Of a DNA stretch of 64,000 bases, positions 39,721-53,913 are shown piece after piece; position 1 is the first letter of the stretch; each line of letters opens with the position of its first letter. The notes beneath the pieces were generated by a model that worked only from the letters and a program-made list of their open reading frames with translations, was not told the origin of the DNA and searched no databases. Made by a program: the position numbers and the translations under genes. The stretch lies in NCBI GenBank assembly GCA_016748015.1, contig JAAOMT010000602.1:695696-759695 (forward strand), read 5' to 3'. This stretch comes from Geosiphon pyriformis uo1 (lineage: Eukaryota; Fungi; Glomeromycota).

Positions 39721-42700
39721 TATTTAACAATAATTTTTTGTTTTTTTATAGCTAAAAAATTTATTGTTTATATATTTGTCATAAAAATTAATAATTAAGT
39801 TAATAATTATTATTTAATAAAATTTAATATATAATATTAAAATTGTTATTATAAATTAATTAATTAATAATTATAATATATAATAATATAAATTATATAA
39901 ATTTATAATTAATAATTAAAAAAATATAACATAATATAATAATATATAAACATATATAATTATGTTTAATTTTATAAAATTATTTAAAATTAGTTTAAAA
40001 AACACTTGTTAATAAACAAATAGTTTAATAACTTAATTAAAATTAGTTTATTTTATAAAATTAAAAATATAAATATATACAGTAATTCTAAATTATAGAA
40101 CAATTATTTATTTATTTAATAATAAAAAATTAAGCAATTAAAATTCTGATAAGCAACTAGCTTTGAAATTTAATTACACTAAAAAATAAAATTGTTACTT
40201 TAAATTACATAAAACTTTTTTTTCTCTTTCCTCTCAAATTTCTCAAAAAGTGTTTTTTATAAAAAAAGTTTTTTTGTTTTTAATTTTTCCTGTTAGTCTT
40301 TTATAATATTTCTTATACAAATAATCTTTTTGTGGTAGACCTAATGGCTGCTTTAAGTAGTAGCATGTTTAATAAAAAAAAAGTATCTAAGAGTGCTTTA
40401 CAAGGTTCTGTTAAAGGTTTTTTTTTCCAGAAAAAGAAAGTTTTAGTTGGCAATATTAAACATTCTAACAATAAAAAAGATATCTTTTTAGTCAAATCTA
40501 TTAGTAGTGGTAGCATATATTTAGATAGAAACAGTATGTCTAATAATAGTAAGAATGATAATATAATTTTGAATGTCAATAGTGGTTTTTTTCTCAGTTT
40601 AGTGACTAACACTCTTAAGACCAAAAGAAAAGCAGATGTCAGTTTGGGATGTGGTTCTCCTCTTAGTTTTATTGATTATGACATGGATGAAAACAATAGT
40701 TTTTTTCTTTTTCTCCTTAATATCTCTCTAAAAAACAGATGGATTAATCCAAAGATTGTGAAAACTTAGGTAGAAGTTGCTGTAAAAAAATTATTTGTAT
40801 TGGACATTAATCTTTTGGCTATAGAAAAAAAATTGACAACAGCAAAGACTTAATTTATCAGAAATATTTTTTCATTAGTTAATGGTTTTAGAAGGACCAG
40901 TACTCCTTCAAAATTTGAAGAAATCATCTAATTAACATTTATTTTTAAAAAGAACATAAATAAGGCCATATTATTGGTTAAAGATAAAGATATTATTGTA
41001 AATAGCAATCTTAAATAACAAAAAATCAAGTCGAATCAAATTGTGATTATTAAGAAGATTTCTATGAATACACTTAAAAAAATAATCATTATTATTGTAG
41101 CTGAATTTGGAGAAATTAAGTCAATCTGTTTACAGTTAATTGGGCTATGACAAAAGATTATAGTAGAATTTGCTAAATTAAGTCAGATAAATCAATTAAC
41201 AGCCAAATGGTTGTTTTTAATTGGGAAAAATTTGGTATGCATAGTCAAAACCATAAGAGATCAAAATATTTGGGCATTAAGAGCACTTCTGTTTACTTTG
41301 TTAGTCAAAACAACTGCACATGATTTTGGAACTTTTTTGAAAAGAGCTGGTAAAAAAACTTGCATCATAAATCAATCATAAAAAACTGGTAACAAAACTT
41401 ACTGTACTATGATTGGCTTTGATTTTAATGAGAAATTAGAAGCTGTATTTTACATGGAACCAGTTTTTGGTGGTGTTAAACTCTTTTGGACAAAGTTGAA
41501 CCTGATTTAATATAAAAAGTGTGGAAAGTTTAGTCATTCTGCTTTAGAGTATAATGCAATGTTTGTATCTACTTCCAAGCTTCTTAGGTTATTTAAGAGA
41601 TTTGCTTCTAAGACAAATTACCTTTAACTGGTCAAGCTGTACACCAAAAAAAATGTTCTTATATTTTAATCTGCTGTCTTTGGTAGTAAATTTTGGGCCC
41701 AAGTGGTTTTAGTGGCATTTATATCTCATAATTTATTCTCTAATTCTGGTTTTGATTTTATTTCTCTTCTTTTTTGTGTCTTAAGTTTTGATAGGAAGTT
41801 TTGTCTTACTTTAATTGGTGACTTTTCTTTAAATAATTATTTGGCATTTTTGGAATGCTTTTTGGAGCTTTTGGCAGATTAAGTTTCCATATTAGTGTGT
41901 AAACTTAGCAACATAGATTTAGTGCTTTTGGCCTCCTCTTCTCTTTCTCATGTTTTGGCTAACTTAGTAAATAATGATTTGGATTTGGATATGGTATTAG
42001 ATAACTTAAAAATTGTTTCTTTTCTTCTTTTTCTGGAAATTTCTGATCCTTTAGTTTTAGGTTTAAGTAGCTTAAAAGTTTTAACCACTAAGATGAGCAG
42101 TTTAGAATCAAAATTGGTGGCTTTTAAAGCCTCTGTTGAGTTTGTTTTGGTGAAATTAGATTAATTGAGTGCTGGTTCAGAATTTTTAGTACATTTTTTT
42201 TTAATAAGTGACTTGGTATGGAAAATTGCTACATGTAATGTTTGTGGCATTAATGTTTCAACTAAACAAGAGAATATAGTGTGCTGGCATATTAGTTCTG
42301 ATAACATGATTTTGATTATTATAGAAACAAAATTGAAATTTAATATTAGATCTTGAATTATAAATATGTTTGATGGAATATGAATTTTTATATCTGGTTT
42401 GAACAAAAATTTTTATGGTGTTAGAGTGACTGTTATTATGAACAATTTTTTGGCTCAGCATGTGTCTAAAGTAAAGAAAATTTCTGGTTGGATTATTTTA
42501 ATAAGGCTCTTGTTCAAAAGAAAACAATCAGTTACAATTTTGGATTTGTATACTGATGTTTTTACTAAAACAAAATTTGGTTAGACATTGGATATTAATT
42601 TTTTTTATTGTCAAAGTGGTCAACTCAAGTACTTTTGTGGTATTAAGTAAGAATTTCAATGAAAATGGATCTAAGAAGAGTGCAAGTTTCAGATTTTGTG

Positions 42701-45700
42701 TGAATTTGGGTTTGGTTAACTTATTTTGTGGACATTTATTAGTCAAAACTTCTACATAGAGCAATTTTAAAGGCATTAAGAAGGTTATCAATTTTATTTT
42801 TGTGAACAAATATTTGGCTTTTGTAATTGTTGGCCATAAAGTCAATTTGGTGTTTGATTTCTTTAATACTGATCACAAAGCTGTTTCTGTTGCAATTAAT
42901 TTGAGCAGTTTTTTGGATATTTGTCTTAATGCTAAGTACAAGTAAACTAACAAAAATAGGTAAAAGTTTAGGATTAAAAATGCAGATGTTAATAAATGGT
43001 CTGAGTTTAGAGAGATTTTTTTGGGCAGATTCTTGAAAAAAATGGTGGATTTTAATAATGCAAAAAGCTGTAGTAAGCTGGATACTATGTGGAAAATACT
43101 AATAGAAATGGTAATTAGTTTTACTGATAAAGTTTTTTTTAGGTTTTGGTTCAGCAAACTTAACTGTGCTAAGAATAAACAATCATTGACTGGAGTTGTT
43201 AATGGCTAAAATTGTAAAAAGTTTGGTCTTAAAGCAGAGTTCATGAACTGATTATCTTGTTGATGTCTGGACAGCTGTTGATAAGATGGAGACTGTCAAA
43301 GTTTGCATTATAATTAATAATAGTGTTAGTTTGGATGAAATTATTGGTCATTTGTTATAAATTAAAAAAAACTATCATAGTTCTAAATATTATAAATCTA
43401 AAGTGGCCAAGGACAATCTTATTAGAAAAGTTATAAACAAGTGTATAAAAAATTTCTGTTCTAATAAGGGTAAGATGATTGAAAGTATTCTGGACTGGTT
43501 ATTTCAGAAAATGATACTTGATTACTTAGTAGTTGATGATGAATTAATTTTGGAGCCATGTGTGGTTAGATCCAAAGTTGACTCAATTATGAAAAAATAA
43601 ACAAAAAAGCAAGTAATGCCTGATAGTCTGTCTGTTTATTGAATTGACCAATATGCTTCTTTGTATTACATTAATGATAATGTATTCTTTGAGATAATGT
43701 ACAATGTAGAGCTTAATGAGCTTTTGCAGATTATTAAAAATCTGCCTAATGGGAAAGCTGCTGGCTTGTTTAGTATCCTTAATAAATTCTAGAAACATAG
43801 TAATGAGCAGGTTTTGGGTGGTTTGTTGGATATTATTAATTTGTATATGAGTTCAGATGTTGTGTTTGTGCATTGGAAAAAAGCATGAGTTTTGATAATA
43901 CCTAAGCCATATGATTGAGAGAGGATGCTTACAAATACTAAACCAATAGTATTGGTCAAGACTATTAAAAAAGTTTTGTCTAAGATTTTTTCAGATAGAA
44001 TTTTCTTGGCTTGTAGCAATTTTAATGTTTTGCACAGTGATAATTTCTCAGTTCTAAAGAGCATGTCTATTCAGACTTCAATTTTTGCTGTTGGTTTTGT
44101 TGTTGAAGATGTACTAAAAAAGGGAAAAGAGCTTTGATTAATTTTTTAGGATATGTGCAAAGCATATAACTCTATAGGATGGTATTATTTAAAAAGTAAT
44201 TTGATTAGGATCAAGATATGTTTTTGCTTTATTGCATTTTTTGAAGGTATACACAATAGTTGGGTCAACCAGGTAATAACAGATTTCAGATTTATTGATA
44301 AATATGATGTTTATGATAGACTGGATTAGGATAAAGTTTTTTTTACCCTTGCTATAAAGAATTTTTTATAATCTATTGCTCTATAAAGTAAAAAAACATA
44401 AAGGTTTTTATGACTACAGATTAAATTCTAAGTTTTTTATATAAACTAATAAACAAAATAGTCAGAATAATTTGACATCTTTTTTGGCAGCTGGTGTTTT
44501 TGTGGATGACACAATTTGAGTTGGAAATAGCATATTTGCTACTTAGTATATTTTGAACATAGTTAGTGAATTTTTTCAGATTAATGATATCTTAATAAAT
44601 ATGGACAAAACAGTGGCTATATTCATTAACCATAAGGTGGAGGTGTTCTGTCTGTTAATAAGCAGTTCAAACATTTTAATAGCTAAGAAAAATGTGTTTC
44701 ATAGATACTTAAGTATCTTTTTGTCTACTGATAGTTTCTTTAAACCAAGACTTAATTGAACATTAAGTTTTTTACAAATTTGGTTTTAAGAAAAACAGTG
44801 TTTAATAAGCAATTTTTGTATTTAGTTTTTGCTGTTCTACAGCCAATAATTGATTACAGATTGCAGTTCAGTTATGCTTCCATAAGTATGTGTAAAAAAT
44901 GAGACAGACTGTTGAGAAAGAGCCTAAAACTAAAGACCAATTTGTCTAAGAATTTTCTCAATAAAGTTTTATTCCATCTTGATTTGTATAGTCTTAAGAC
45001 TTTTAGACAAATACAAGCTGAAAACTTTTTGGCAAATTTGGTGAATTTTGCCAATTTAATGGGCATTTTTAACAGGCTATGAATTTACAAGCCATCAATT
45101 AGATGCCCCAGCACTCTCTTAATTTTCTGATTACATTGTCAATTAATCTTTTAAATTGCTTTTTGGCTGATATTATTAGTACTCTGGTGTCATGTAAGCT
45201 GTTTCTAAGTGGCAATCTGCTGAATGTTTTTTATGCTGGTAATAATATTACTGTTGTTGATATTTTGGGCTTGAAGCAATATTTAAATGTAATAGTTTTG
45301 CTTAAAAAATTTGGCATTGTCTTTGCCAACTAGCTTTTAGACTATCATAGCAGATGTTTTATTTGGAATAGTTTTTGCAAATAGAAGAAACTGGATTTTA
45401 AAAGGCCAATTCCTGGCTGGTTTAGTTTTCTGGTCAGTTTTATTAAGGGTGGTGGTTTAGTTAAAGACTGTGCTTTGGCTTCTGATTTTGTTCTTGGTTG
45501 TTACTTAAACAAAGCCATTTCTATTAGTAAGTGTCTTTTGGAAAATAGATCAAGTAATATAATTGTTTACACTGATAGTTCAGTTAAGAGTTTGGGAACT
45601 GTGGGTATTCACAGTAGAGCTGCTGTCTATTTTTCAAATATTAATAATGATATAGAAATTGGGATATATGGCCTACTTTTCTTGACTTTAACTAAACAAC

Positions 45701-46492
45701 ATGCCATTACTCTTGCATTAAATTGTGTTCCAGTGTCTAGTTTGGTTAATTTGTTTATAGATAGTCAAGTTTTTTTGAATATATGTGTTTTATTTAAAAA
45801 GAATAAAAGTCCTGATTTTTGCAATAAATACTGGTTAGAAAAAAAGCATATCTGCCAAACAATTGAGTCAAAAAATTTATTAATTAATTAAAACAAGGTT
45901 AAAGATCATTCCAAGGTTGTTGGCAATAAGCATACTAATCTCCTGGCTAATGTTGTAGTCATGTCTAATATCATGTTGCTGGTTGATGTTTCATGCTATT
46001 TTTTAGCCATTGAAGGCAAACCTGTTTTTGAGAATGCCTATTATTTTGTCAGATGTCTTTTTAATACTGTCAGTTTTGTTGGTTGGAAATTCAAATGTAC
46101 AGATTGCTTTGTGAATAGTATTCTATGTAATATAATTGACATGAATAAAACATTTAGTGTATAGTATTCTAATAATAGATTTCATTCTGGTTTTACCAAC
46201 TCTGTTTTTGTGATGTTTAAGTCCTACTTCATAAAAGTTTTGCACTGCCAATTGTTTGTAGCCAAGAAAAAAAAGCTGTATAATTTGAGTTATTCTAGTA
46301 TGTTATGTATTTATTATGAATTGGTTAAAGACTTTAATCACATATTCTTTTGTATTCATAATGTAAATACTAGAAAAGATCTTATTTTGAAAACCATCAA
46401 CTCTTGGATTAATCTGGTGGGTGTTTGTATCACTGAGAGCATAATGGTATGTTCTTTGCATAAGACAGAATTTTCAAATTGGTTGTATATAT

Positions 46493-47474
46493 TGTTACTG
46501 GAGATTTTTGGTCTCTTTTCTGTAATGTTGTTGATATTTATTTGCTGTGAATTCACGTTTTCTGGATGTGGTTGAACCTCCAGTAACTGAATTTATCTTC
46601 AAATTATTTCCTATAATTTAAACTTGCTGGGCTTATGAGTAGAATGGCCTATTCCGTGCCAGTTGCTTTATGTAGTTACATTGTAGTAAACGTCAACTCT
46701 TTTCCAGGAATTGCTCGTCTGGAAGCTCACTAAAAATGTGTAGTTACTTTGCTGTGAAAGTCAACTCTTCTACAGAAATCTTGTCTGTAGGTTACCCTAA
46801 TGATTATGATAAAAAAATCAAAGAAAATAAAAGAAATATAAAAGAAATAGAATTTTATCAAGGGAAACGTTTTCTATCCAGGCTTGGAGTCACTAACAGT
46901 TTACTGAAATTGGTAGCTAATCAATTTCAAAACGTTAGTTGGGTTTTGGGAATTTTTTCAAGTATAATAATTTAAAGAATTTGGTTTTTTTGAATTATTT
47001 AATATTTATTTCTTTTTGTGTGTATAGGACAGTTTTTAAGAGATAAATCTAAAGTAAGATACATTTTCTCAAAGAGAGAAGCCCTTCTTTTATATGACTT
47101 GTTGTAACACTATTCTATGAACTTGAACTTTGCTATTTTCTACAATTTCGCTGAACTAAAGATACATTTCGGCGAACTACAAGTTATTTTGGCGAACTAT
47201 TAGATATTTCAGTGAACTATCAATTATTTCGGCAAATTTTTACAAATTTCGGCGAACTTCTGAATGTTACATAGTTCGGAGTATTGCATGATTGATTATC
47301 GCAATTAGGTTACATTTGTGTTGTGTACAATTTGAGTTATTAATTAAATGATAATTTCGGACATTTTTGCTAATGTAATAAGTAATCATTTGAAACAATA
47401 ATATATGCTAATTAATGATAGGAATTATAAGATAATTTCATGCTAAATAATATCTCTAGTTTTGTCTGGTAACA
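46493..47474 (-). repeat. G3 3' LTR
   Basis: TGTTAC/GTAACA ends; 47097-47474 colinear with 52227-52604. Confidence 0.93.
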
Positions 47475-50400
47475 TAACCTCCTCCTTAAAACTGAGCTCC
47501 ATCAAAGTCCAAGTACTATCTGTTATTTCCAGATAATAATCCAAAATTATTGAAGAAATTTGGTCTGAAAATTGTTGAAATTTCAGTTCTGTGAGCTTTC
47601 CAATGTATTGAATCTTCAAAAGTTGAAAAATTGGGTTTTGTAATACATTTTCACAGGTGTGGAATAGGTCATAAAGTCTAAGGGCAGCTCTAAGCCTGTA
47701 GCGACTGTTTGTTGATCCAGCTGTTGTCTTGAATTCATTGTGGAGTTGTTTCTGAATAGCTTCTTTTGTGAGATTTGCTGTTGTAAGTTCAAGTTGTCCC
47801 ATGTTAATTCGAGATAGTTTTTCCATGACAACATGGTAGTTTTCAGAGCTAGGGTTTGGGTTGATTTTCAGTAGTGAATGTTCAATAATTTCAGGGAAAT
47901 CGGAGACTGTTTGGGGTAATTCTTGTTGAAATATATTACTGTGAATAATTCCAATTTCTAAATTATTTAATAAAATTATGGGGTAATTATTGGGGTTGTA
48001 AAAAGTAACTCGGACTTTCTTTGTTTCTTCTGGAATATAAATGTTTGGGATCAAAATATTATGTTCCAAGCAGACTTGTTCATTGGACTCAAAAATTTGT
48101 TGTGTNNNNNNNNNNNNNNNNNNNNCAGTTGAACCAAAACCTTGGGTTCCTCTATCGCTTTTTCCTAATTGTTCTCTTTGATTGACTAGTTGCAAACCCG
48201 AAATGTTGATTAAGAGTAGGTAAATAGCTTGGGCAATTTTTTCAGCATGTTTGATCTTGAATGGTTTGTCAGTTTCATTTTGAAGCATCACTGTTATGTC
48301 TCCAGTATATCCAGCATCGATAATTCCTCCTCTGACATTGATTCCTTTGCTTGCCAGAGAGGACCGGGAGACGACTTGAACCATTGCTTCTGACGGGATT
48401 TCGAGTGCAATTTTGAGGTTGATTTTTGTGAGAGATTTGGGTTTGAGAACAAGAGTATCTTTGCCTGGATATCTTAAGTCATATCTAGCATCAATTTTGT
48501 GTGTCTTTTCGGGTTTTATTCCTTGTCCATTGTTGTTGAAGTATTTAAGTTGTAAGGCAGGCTGATTTTCAATAAAGTAGATGGGTGTTGTTTCAATTTC
48601 TTCTGTTTCTTCAGGTTCTCCAAATTCAATTTCATTCTCATTATTTTTGCTGGGCAAGAGGATACTAAAAGCATAGCATTCAGGACACCACTGTTCATTG
48701 CAAGACATAATGCATTCTTCACATAGCCTAATGTTCATTTGCTCTAATCATTGAATTTGAGCTTCTTAGGTCGGATAGGTGTGACTTGCAATTTGGTGGT
48801 AGACTTCTACTTCATCTTCATAATCGAATTCAGCTAATTCTATAGTGTATTTAATATATTCTGCTTCCTTCATTTGACGAACATCTTCTTTGGTAGCTCT
48901 ATTAATTAATGCCATTGCTAAGTCAAAAATTATTTCAGCATCATGAAGGTAGTAATAAAGTTTGTTGAGAGCACTATTGTATGCTGCATTAAAGGGTGTT
49001 CTTCTTTTTACTTTTTCTGAAATTGATAAAGCATATTGGCAAGTCTGATCGCAGATGTCTCCTCTCATTGCTACATCAATCCAATTGCATTCTTCTGGTA
49101 GCATATCTCCACAAGTCAAACAAGGAGTGTTGTCCCATTTTCCGCTCCTTTTCATTAGATGGCCCCATCACTCTCTGTGGCAAGCCTTACAGTAATAACA
49201 AGTATGATTCTCATATTCTTCTTCAGGTGAAATGCAGGCTCCCATTGACGATAGTTTCTTGTGGCAGTCCTTACATTTAAGGGGAATATAGGGGCGTTGT
49301 TTTCTTGGTTTGGGTTTTGAATAAGGTATATTCCATCCAGAGGTTTCGGGTTTAGTGTGTGGAGTAAAATGTTCTTGTTTTGTTTCATCGGCCCAGTTGG
49401 ACGTTGATCCAAGAGCCATGAATGTTTTGATTATTGGTTTTTCTTCTTCTGGTTCAAATTCAAAAGCTGGGGCTTTTTCAGAGCATTTGTTGAATGTACC
49501 ACAAATGGCAGGTACTCGGGCGTGTTGTCCTTGGTAGAAGATTGTTAACTTTTGTGTTTCCCAATTCAGATTAGCATTGGCTTTTTGAAGCCAATCATTT
49601 CTGACAAGAGCTTGGTACTGGGGTGCGTCCATTACAAGAACTTTGACTGGAATGGTGATTCCATCAAGAGTGAATAGAAAATTGTCAATTTCTCCTACTG
49701 GTGTCTTTTTCATGCCATTGGTAGTGACGATTACTGTTTGAGCTGGTTGGTCAACATTTCTTTTCAACTGTTGCATTAACTGGTAGGTAATAATGCTTCC
49801 GGCAGATCTACTGTCTAGGATCAAGCAAATTGGCTTTCCTTCTACTTCAGCTTCTGCGTACATTGCAGTGATGGCTTTTTGCTCATTAGCCGCTGCATTG
49901 CTAAGCAAGAATGGTGATTCATTTGCTTCAAATTCAAAAGGAAAGATATCAGAGAGATTGGCGTTTTCAGCAATTCGGACTGGTGGAATAGTGGTGTGGT
50001 TATAAGAAGGGTTTTGTTGTTGTTGTGCTGTAGCTCTACCTTCTGAGAGTGCAGTATAGTGAAAATCCTGTTCTTCCAGCATTGTTAAATAACTGGGTTG
50101 AGTGTGGTAATGGTTGGATCTTGGTTGAGTGGTATTTTGGGGAACCAATTGGTTGTTCGAACTGATTCTACTGTTGTTTACTTGGTATCGGTTTTGTGGT
50201 GTGAATTGATTTTGTGTAATCAGTCTTCGAGCAGGTACTTGATAATGTTGTGTGGGCGGTTGTTGGTATTGCTGTTGGATTGGTTGTGGGGCGGGCTGAT
50301 AATAGTTATTTTGGTATTGGGGTCTTGGTGGATAGTAAGCTGGTGGTGATGGTTAATAATAAGATTGCTGTAGTGGAGAGTAATGTTGATTACCCCTATT

Positions 50401-51538
50401 TTGTTGGTCTCATTGCAGCTTTCTGCAATTTCTTTTCCAGTGGCCAGAGATTCCACAGTAATGGCAATTTTGGGACTGGTTATTAGAAAGTGGTGCAAAG
50501 TTATTTTGATTTCGTCTTTGGAGTGGTTGATATCTTTGGGGTTGTTGTTGTTGTTGGTTGGTAAAATAGTTTTTGACCTTCTTTGTAAGTTGGTCAATTT
50601 TTTCCTCAGCTGCTGAGCTGGGTTCTCCAATTGCCAAATTTACAAGTTTTGTATGATTGGCTTCTTCCATAGCCATTTTGAATCTTTTCGCATGCTGTAT
50701 GGCAGAGTTTAAATCTTCTGGCACATGTGGGCAAACTTTTTTAATTAGTTTATCTTTTAGACCAGCAATAAATTGATCCAAGATTTGAGCATCGGAATAA
50801 TAATTGTTTGTCTTGAGTTGGCGAATCCGTCTGAGAAGTTTGTTGAATTTCCCAATATAAGTCATAACGGATTCAGAGGGTTCTTGTTTGATATTTTGAA
50901 AACAATTGCGAAGAGTGATGGAAGTATTATTGTCGGTGAACTGTTCAAGGAAGGCTGCTTTGAAAGCATTCCAATCATTGAATGGGGCAGCAAGGTTTTC
51001 AAACCATTCTCCTGCTGTTCCTTTGAGAAAGTAGGGAATTGTTCTTAACATTCTGGCAGCATTCCATCCATTTGCATCTCCAGCTTTAGTAATTTGGTCG
51101 AGCCATTCTTGGGGACTGGTCTCAATGTCTTCTCCATTAAATTCAGGGATTTTTGCGATGTATGTTGTCATTTTATCTTCTTTGTTCTCACTCTTTATTG
51201 ATTTTTCTTAAGATATTTCAGGTTTGTTTTTTTCGTTTGCTGCTGTCTCAGAGTGTTCACTTTGATTTTCAGCTAGAAAATCAAGGAGATTGGAACTAGT
51301 TTGAAGGGGTTCTTGTTGTCTGGTGGGACTTCTGAGTGATGTAAAATCTTCTGGTCTTGCAAATCGATTCAAGAGTAAATTAGGTGTTTGTGCTTGTGCA
51401 AGTGAAGCTGGAAAAGGTGTGATAGTAAGTGGAAGTTTTGAGCTGGTTCCTTGTTCAGGTGTTTGTAAATGTTTGGCAGTTGTTTTCGGTAGTGTTGGAG
51501 TATTTGGGGTGGTTCTTGAATATTGCTTTAATTTGTTT
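47443..51538 (-). pseudogene. G3 gag-PR-Cys-rich-dUTPase::ORF3 fusion region
   Basis: YIAKIPEFNG; CHYCGISGHWKRNC; LILDSRSAGS; RSSLA, GIIDAGYTG, RGTQGFGST; then ...MGQLEL/TTANLTKEAIQKQ (ORF3). Confidence 0.85.
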
Positions 51539-52226
51539 NNNNNNNNNNNNNNNNNNNNNNNNNNNNNNNNNNNNNNNNNNNNNNNNNNNNNNNNNNNNNN
51601 NNNNNNNNNNNNNNNNNNNNNNNNNNNNNNNNNNNNNNNNNNNNNNNNNNNNNNNNNNNNNNNNNNNNNNNNNNNNNNNNNNNNNNNNNNNNNNNNNNNN
51701 NNNNNNNNNNNNNNNNNNNNNNNNNNNNNNNNNNNNNNNNNNNNNNNNNNNNNNNNNNNNNNNNNNNNNNNNNNNNNNNNNNNNNNNNNNNNNNNNNNNN
51801 NNNNNNNNNNNNNNNNNNNNNNNNNNNNNNNNNNNNNNNNNNNNNNNNNNNNNNNNNNNNNNNNNNNNNNNNNNNNNNNNNNNNNNNNNNNNNNNNNNNN
51901 NNNNNNNNNNNNNNNNNNNNNNNNNNNNNNNNNNNNNNNNNNNNNNNNNNNNNNNNNNNNNNNNNNNNNNNNNNNNNNNNNNNNNNNNNNNNNNNNNNNN
52001 NNNNNNNNNNNNNNNNNNNNNNNNNNNNNNNNNNNNNNNNNNNNNNNNNNNNNNNNNNNNNNNNNNNNNNNNNNNNNNNNNNNNNNNNNNNNNNNNNNNN
52101 NNNNNNNNNNNNNNNNNNNNNNNNNNNNNNNNNNNNNNNNNNNNNNNNNNNNNNNNNNNNNNNNNNNNNNNNNNNNNNNNNNNNNNNNNNNNNNNNNNNN
52201 NNNNNNNNNNNNNNNNNNNNNNNNNN

Positions 52227-52604
52227 ACTTGTTGTAACACTATTCTATGAACTTGAACTTTGCTATTTTCTACAATTTCGCTGAACTAAAGATACATTTC
52301 GGCGAACTACAAGTTATTTTGGTGAACTATTAGATATTTCAGTGAACTATTAATTATTTCGGTGAATTTTTACAAATTTTGGCGAACTTCTGAATGTTAC
52401 ATAGTTCGGGGTATTGCATGATTGATCATCGCAATTAGGTTACAGTTGTGTTGTATACAATTTAAGTTATTAATTAAATGATAATTTCGGACATTTTTGC
52501 TAATGTAATAAGTAATCATTTGAAACGATAATATATGCTAATTAATGATAGGAATTATAAGATAATTTTATGCTAAATAATATCTCTAGTTTTGTCTGGT
52601 AACA
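52227..52604 (-). repeat. G3 5' LTR (visible part; remainder in N gap)
   Basis: Near-identical to 47097-47474. Confidence 0.92.
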
Positions 52605-53913
52605 ATGTTATTGGTCTAAGGCTTTGTAATAAAGGATTGGGTGACTGACACAATTTACTTATTGAGTGATGGTTTCAATGATATATCTTTAGTTGTTGAT
52701 TTGGTTTAGGATTTGTTGAGAATTACAGATTTACTATGTAATTGCCAACCACTAAGCTGAGAGGACATTATAAGAAATAGGGTCTTTTGTCATATGATGG
52801 ATCCATAGTATTAACTGTGTTTAGTTTAACTTTCTTGTGGTTTCTTGATATAATTTTTGAGTTTGACATAAAGCTGAATATCCATGTTTGTTTTGGTTTG
52901 TATCTTTGTTTGTTTAGTGTATGTTTTGGTTTCTTGCACAATTTTCCTATTGTGGATAGTTTAAGTGATTAGTGTTGCCTTGATTGGTTTAAGTGGCTGA
53001 TTACATGTAGAAAATACATAAATCATGCTTAATATAAGAGCTTGTATAATTCTATAGTCTTAGGTAGTAGTTGAACTGCACTTATAAAATGCTTAATAAA
53101 AAAAAATTACAAAACAAATATTATTTATAAAATTACAGTTTAATTATTAAAATCAATTATTTTTTCATTAATATTCTTAATTAACTTTAAAAATCCGAAA
53201 AAATTTTTTATAGTCTAAAAAAATAATTTTTAATTAAGATTATTTATAAATTACTTCTTTAATTTTCTTTTATTTTAAAAAAATTTACAAGTAAAAACAA
53301 TTAAAAAATCTTGTCAAACAAGCATAGCAGGAAGCTATCATCAACAATTTTGATGAAAACAACACATACAACAAATCAATACCACTTATAAAAAATTATC
53401 TTGCTTTTGCTAAGAGTTAATAACCAACTTTTAGACTTTCAAATTGTCAGAATCATCAACATTGATACCATAAATCAGGATTTAATAACAACGGACCTTC
53501 AGATACCAAGGAAACAATACTTGCCACTACCAAGAATAATTCCCTGTAACAATAGTTTAGCTTTGACTGGCTCGGGTGGCTGGTCAGGTATAGAAAGCGC
53601 ATGAGCCACACTTAATTTAGTATAGTTTTTACTGTATTGTGGTTAGGCTACACTCGTTAAAGCGAAATAAAGGTGAATTACGGCAAAGTTAGCAAAATAA
53701 ATTCGCGTGCGAGAATAAGACGCCTGAAAGTATGCCATTTTCTCGCTTGAACAAACGGCATTTTTGTAATTTATATGTTGGAAATCAATATTTATTAACC
53801 CCATCAGATTATATAATATTGGTCACATAATTTTAGATCACTAGACTAAAATTAGATATAAAAGAAATGTAGCGATCTTATGTTTAGAAGAAGGTAAAAA
53901 TTTCATTTCAGCC

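Larger units (their letters stand above)
46493..52604 (-). mobile_element. Gypsy G3 (G2-related subfamily), internally deleted: lacks RT, RNaseH and integrase
   Basis: 3' LTR 46493-47474; 5' LTR visible 52227-52604; PPT 47475-47490; flanks ATAT/ATGT; gag, PR, Cys-rich domain and dUTPase joined to the ORF3 C-terminal half. Confidence 0.9.
40075..53106 (+). mobile_element. LINE-C, full-length decayed LINE (40075-46492 + 52605-53106) split by G3
   Basis: ORF1 homologous to LINE-A; KIATCNVCGIN, IETKL, TDHK; DMCKAYNS, FVDDT; YTDSS. Reading WLY/MLLV*GFVIKDW resumes after G3. Poly-A at ~53097-53106. Confidence 0.9.

Noticed and set aside
46736-46975. Antisense ORF in the LTR
   Set aside because: Not kept open in the other LTR copies; no recognisable motif
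51323-52250. Long ORFs of 261-304 aa
   Set aside because: Artefacts of the N gap 51539-52226
53520-53550. GIILGSG (- strand) as a purine nucleoside phosphorylase motif
   Set aside because: No flanking similarity and the frame ends within a few codons
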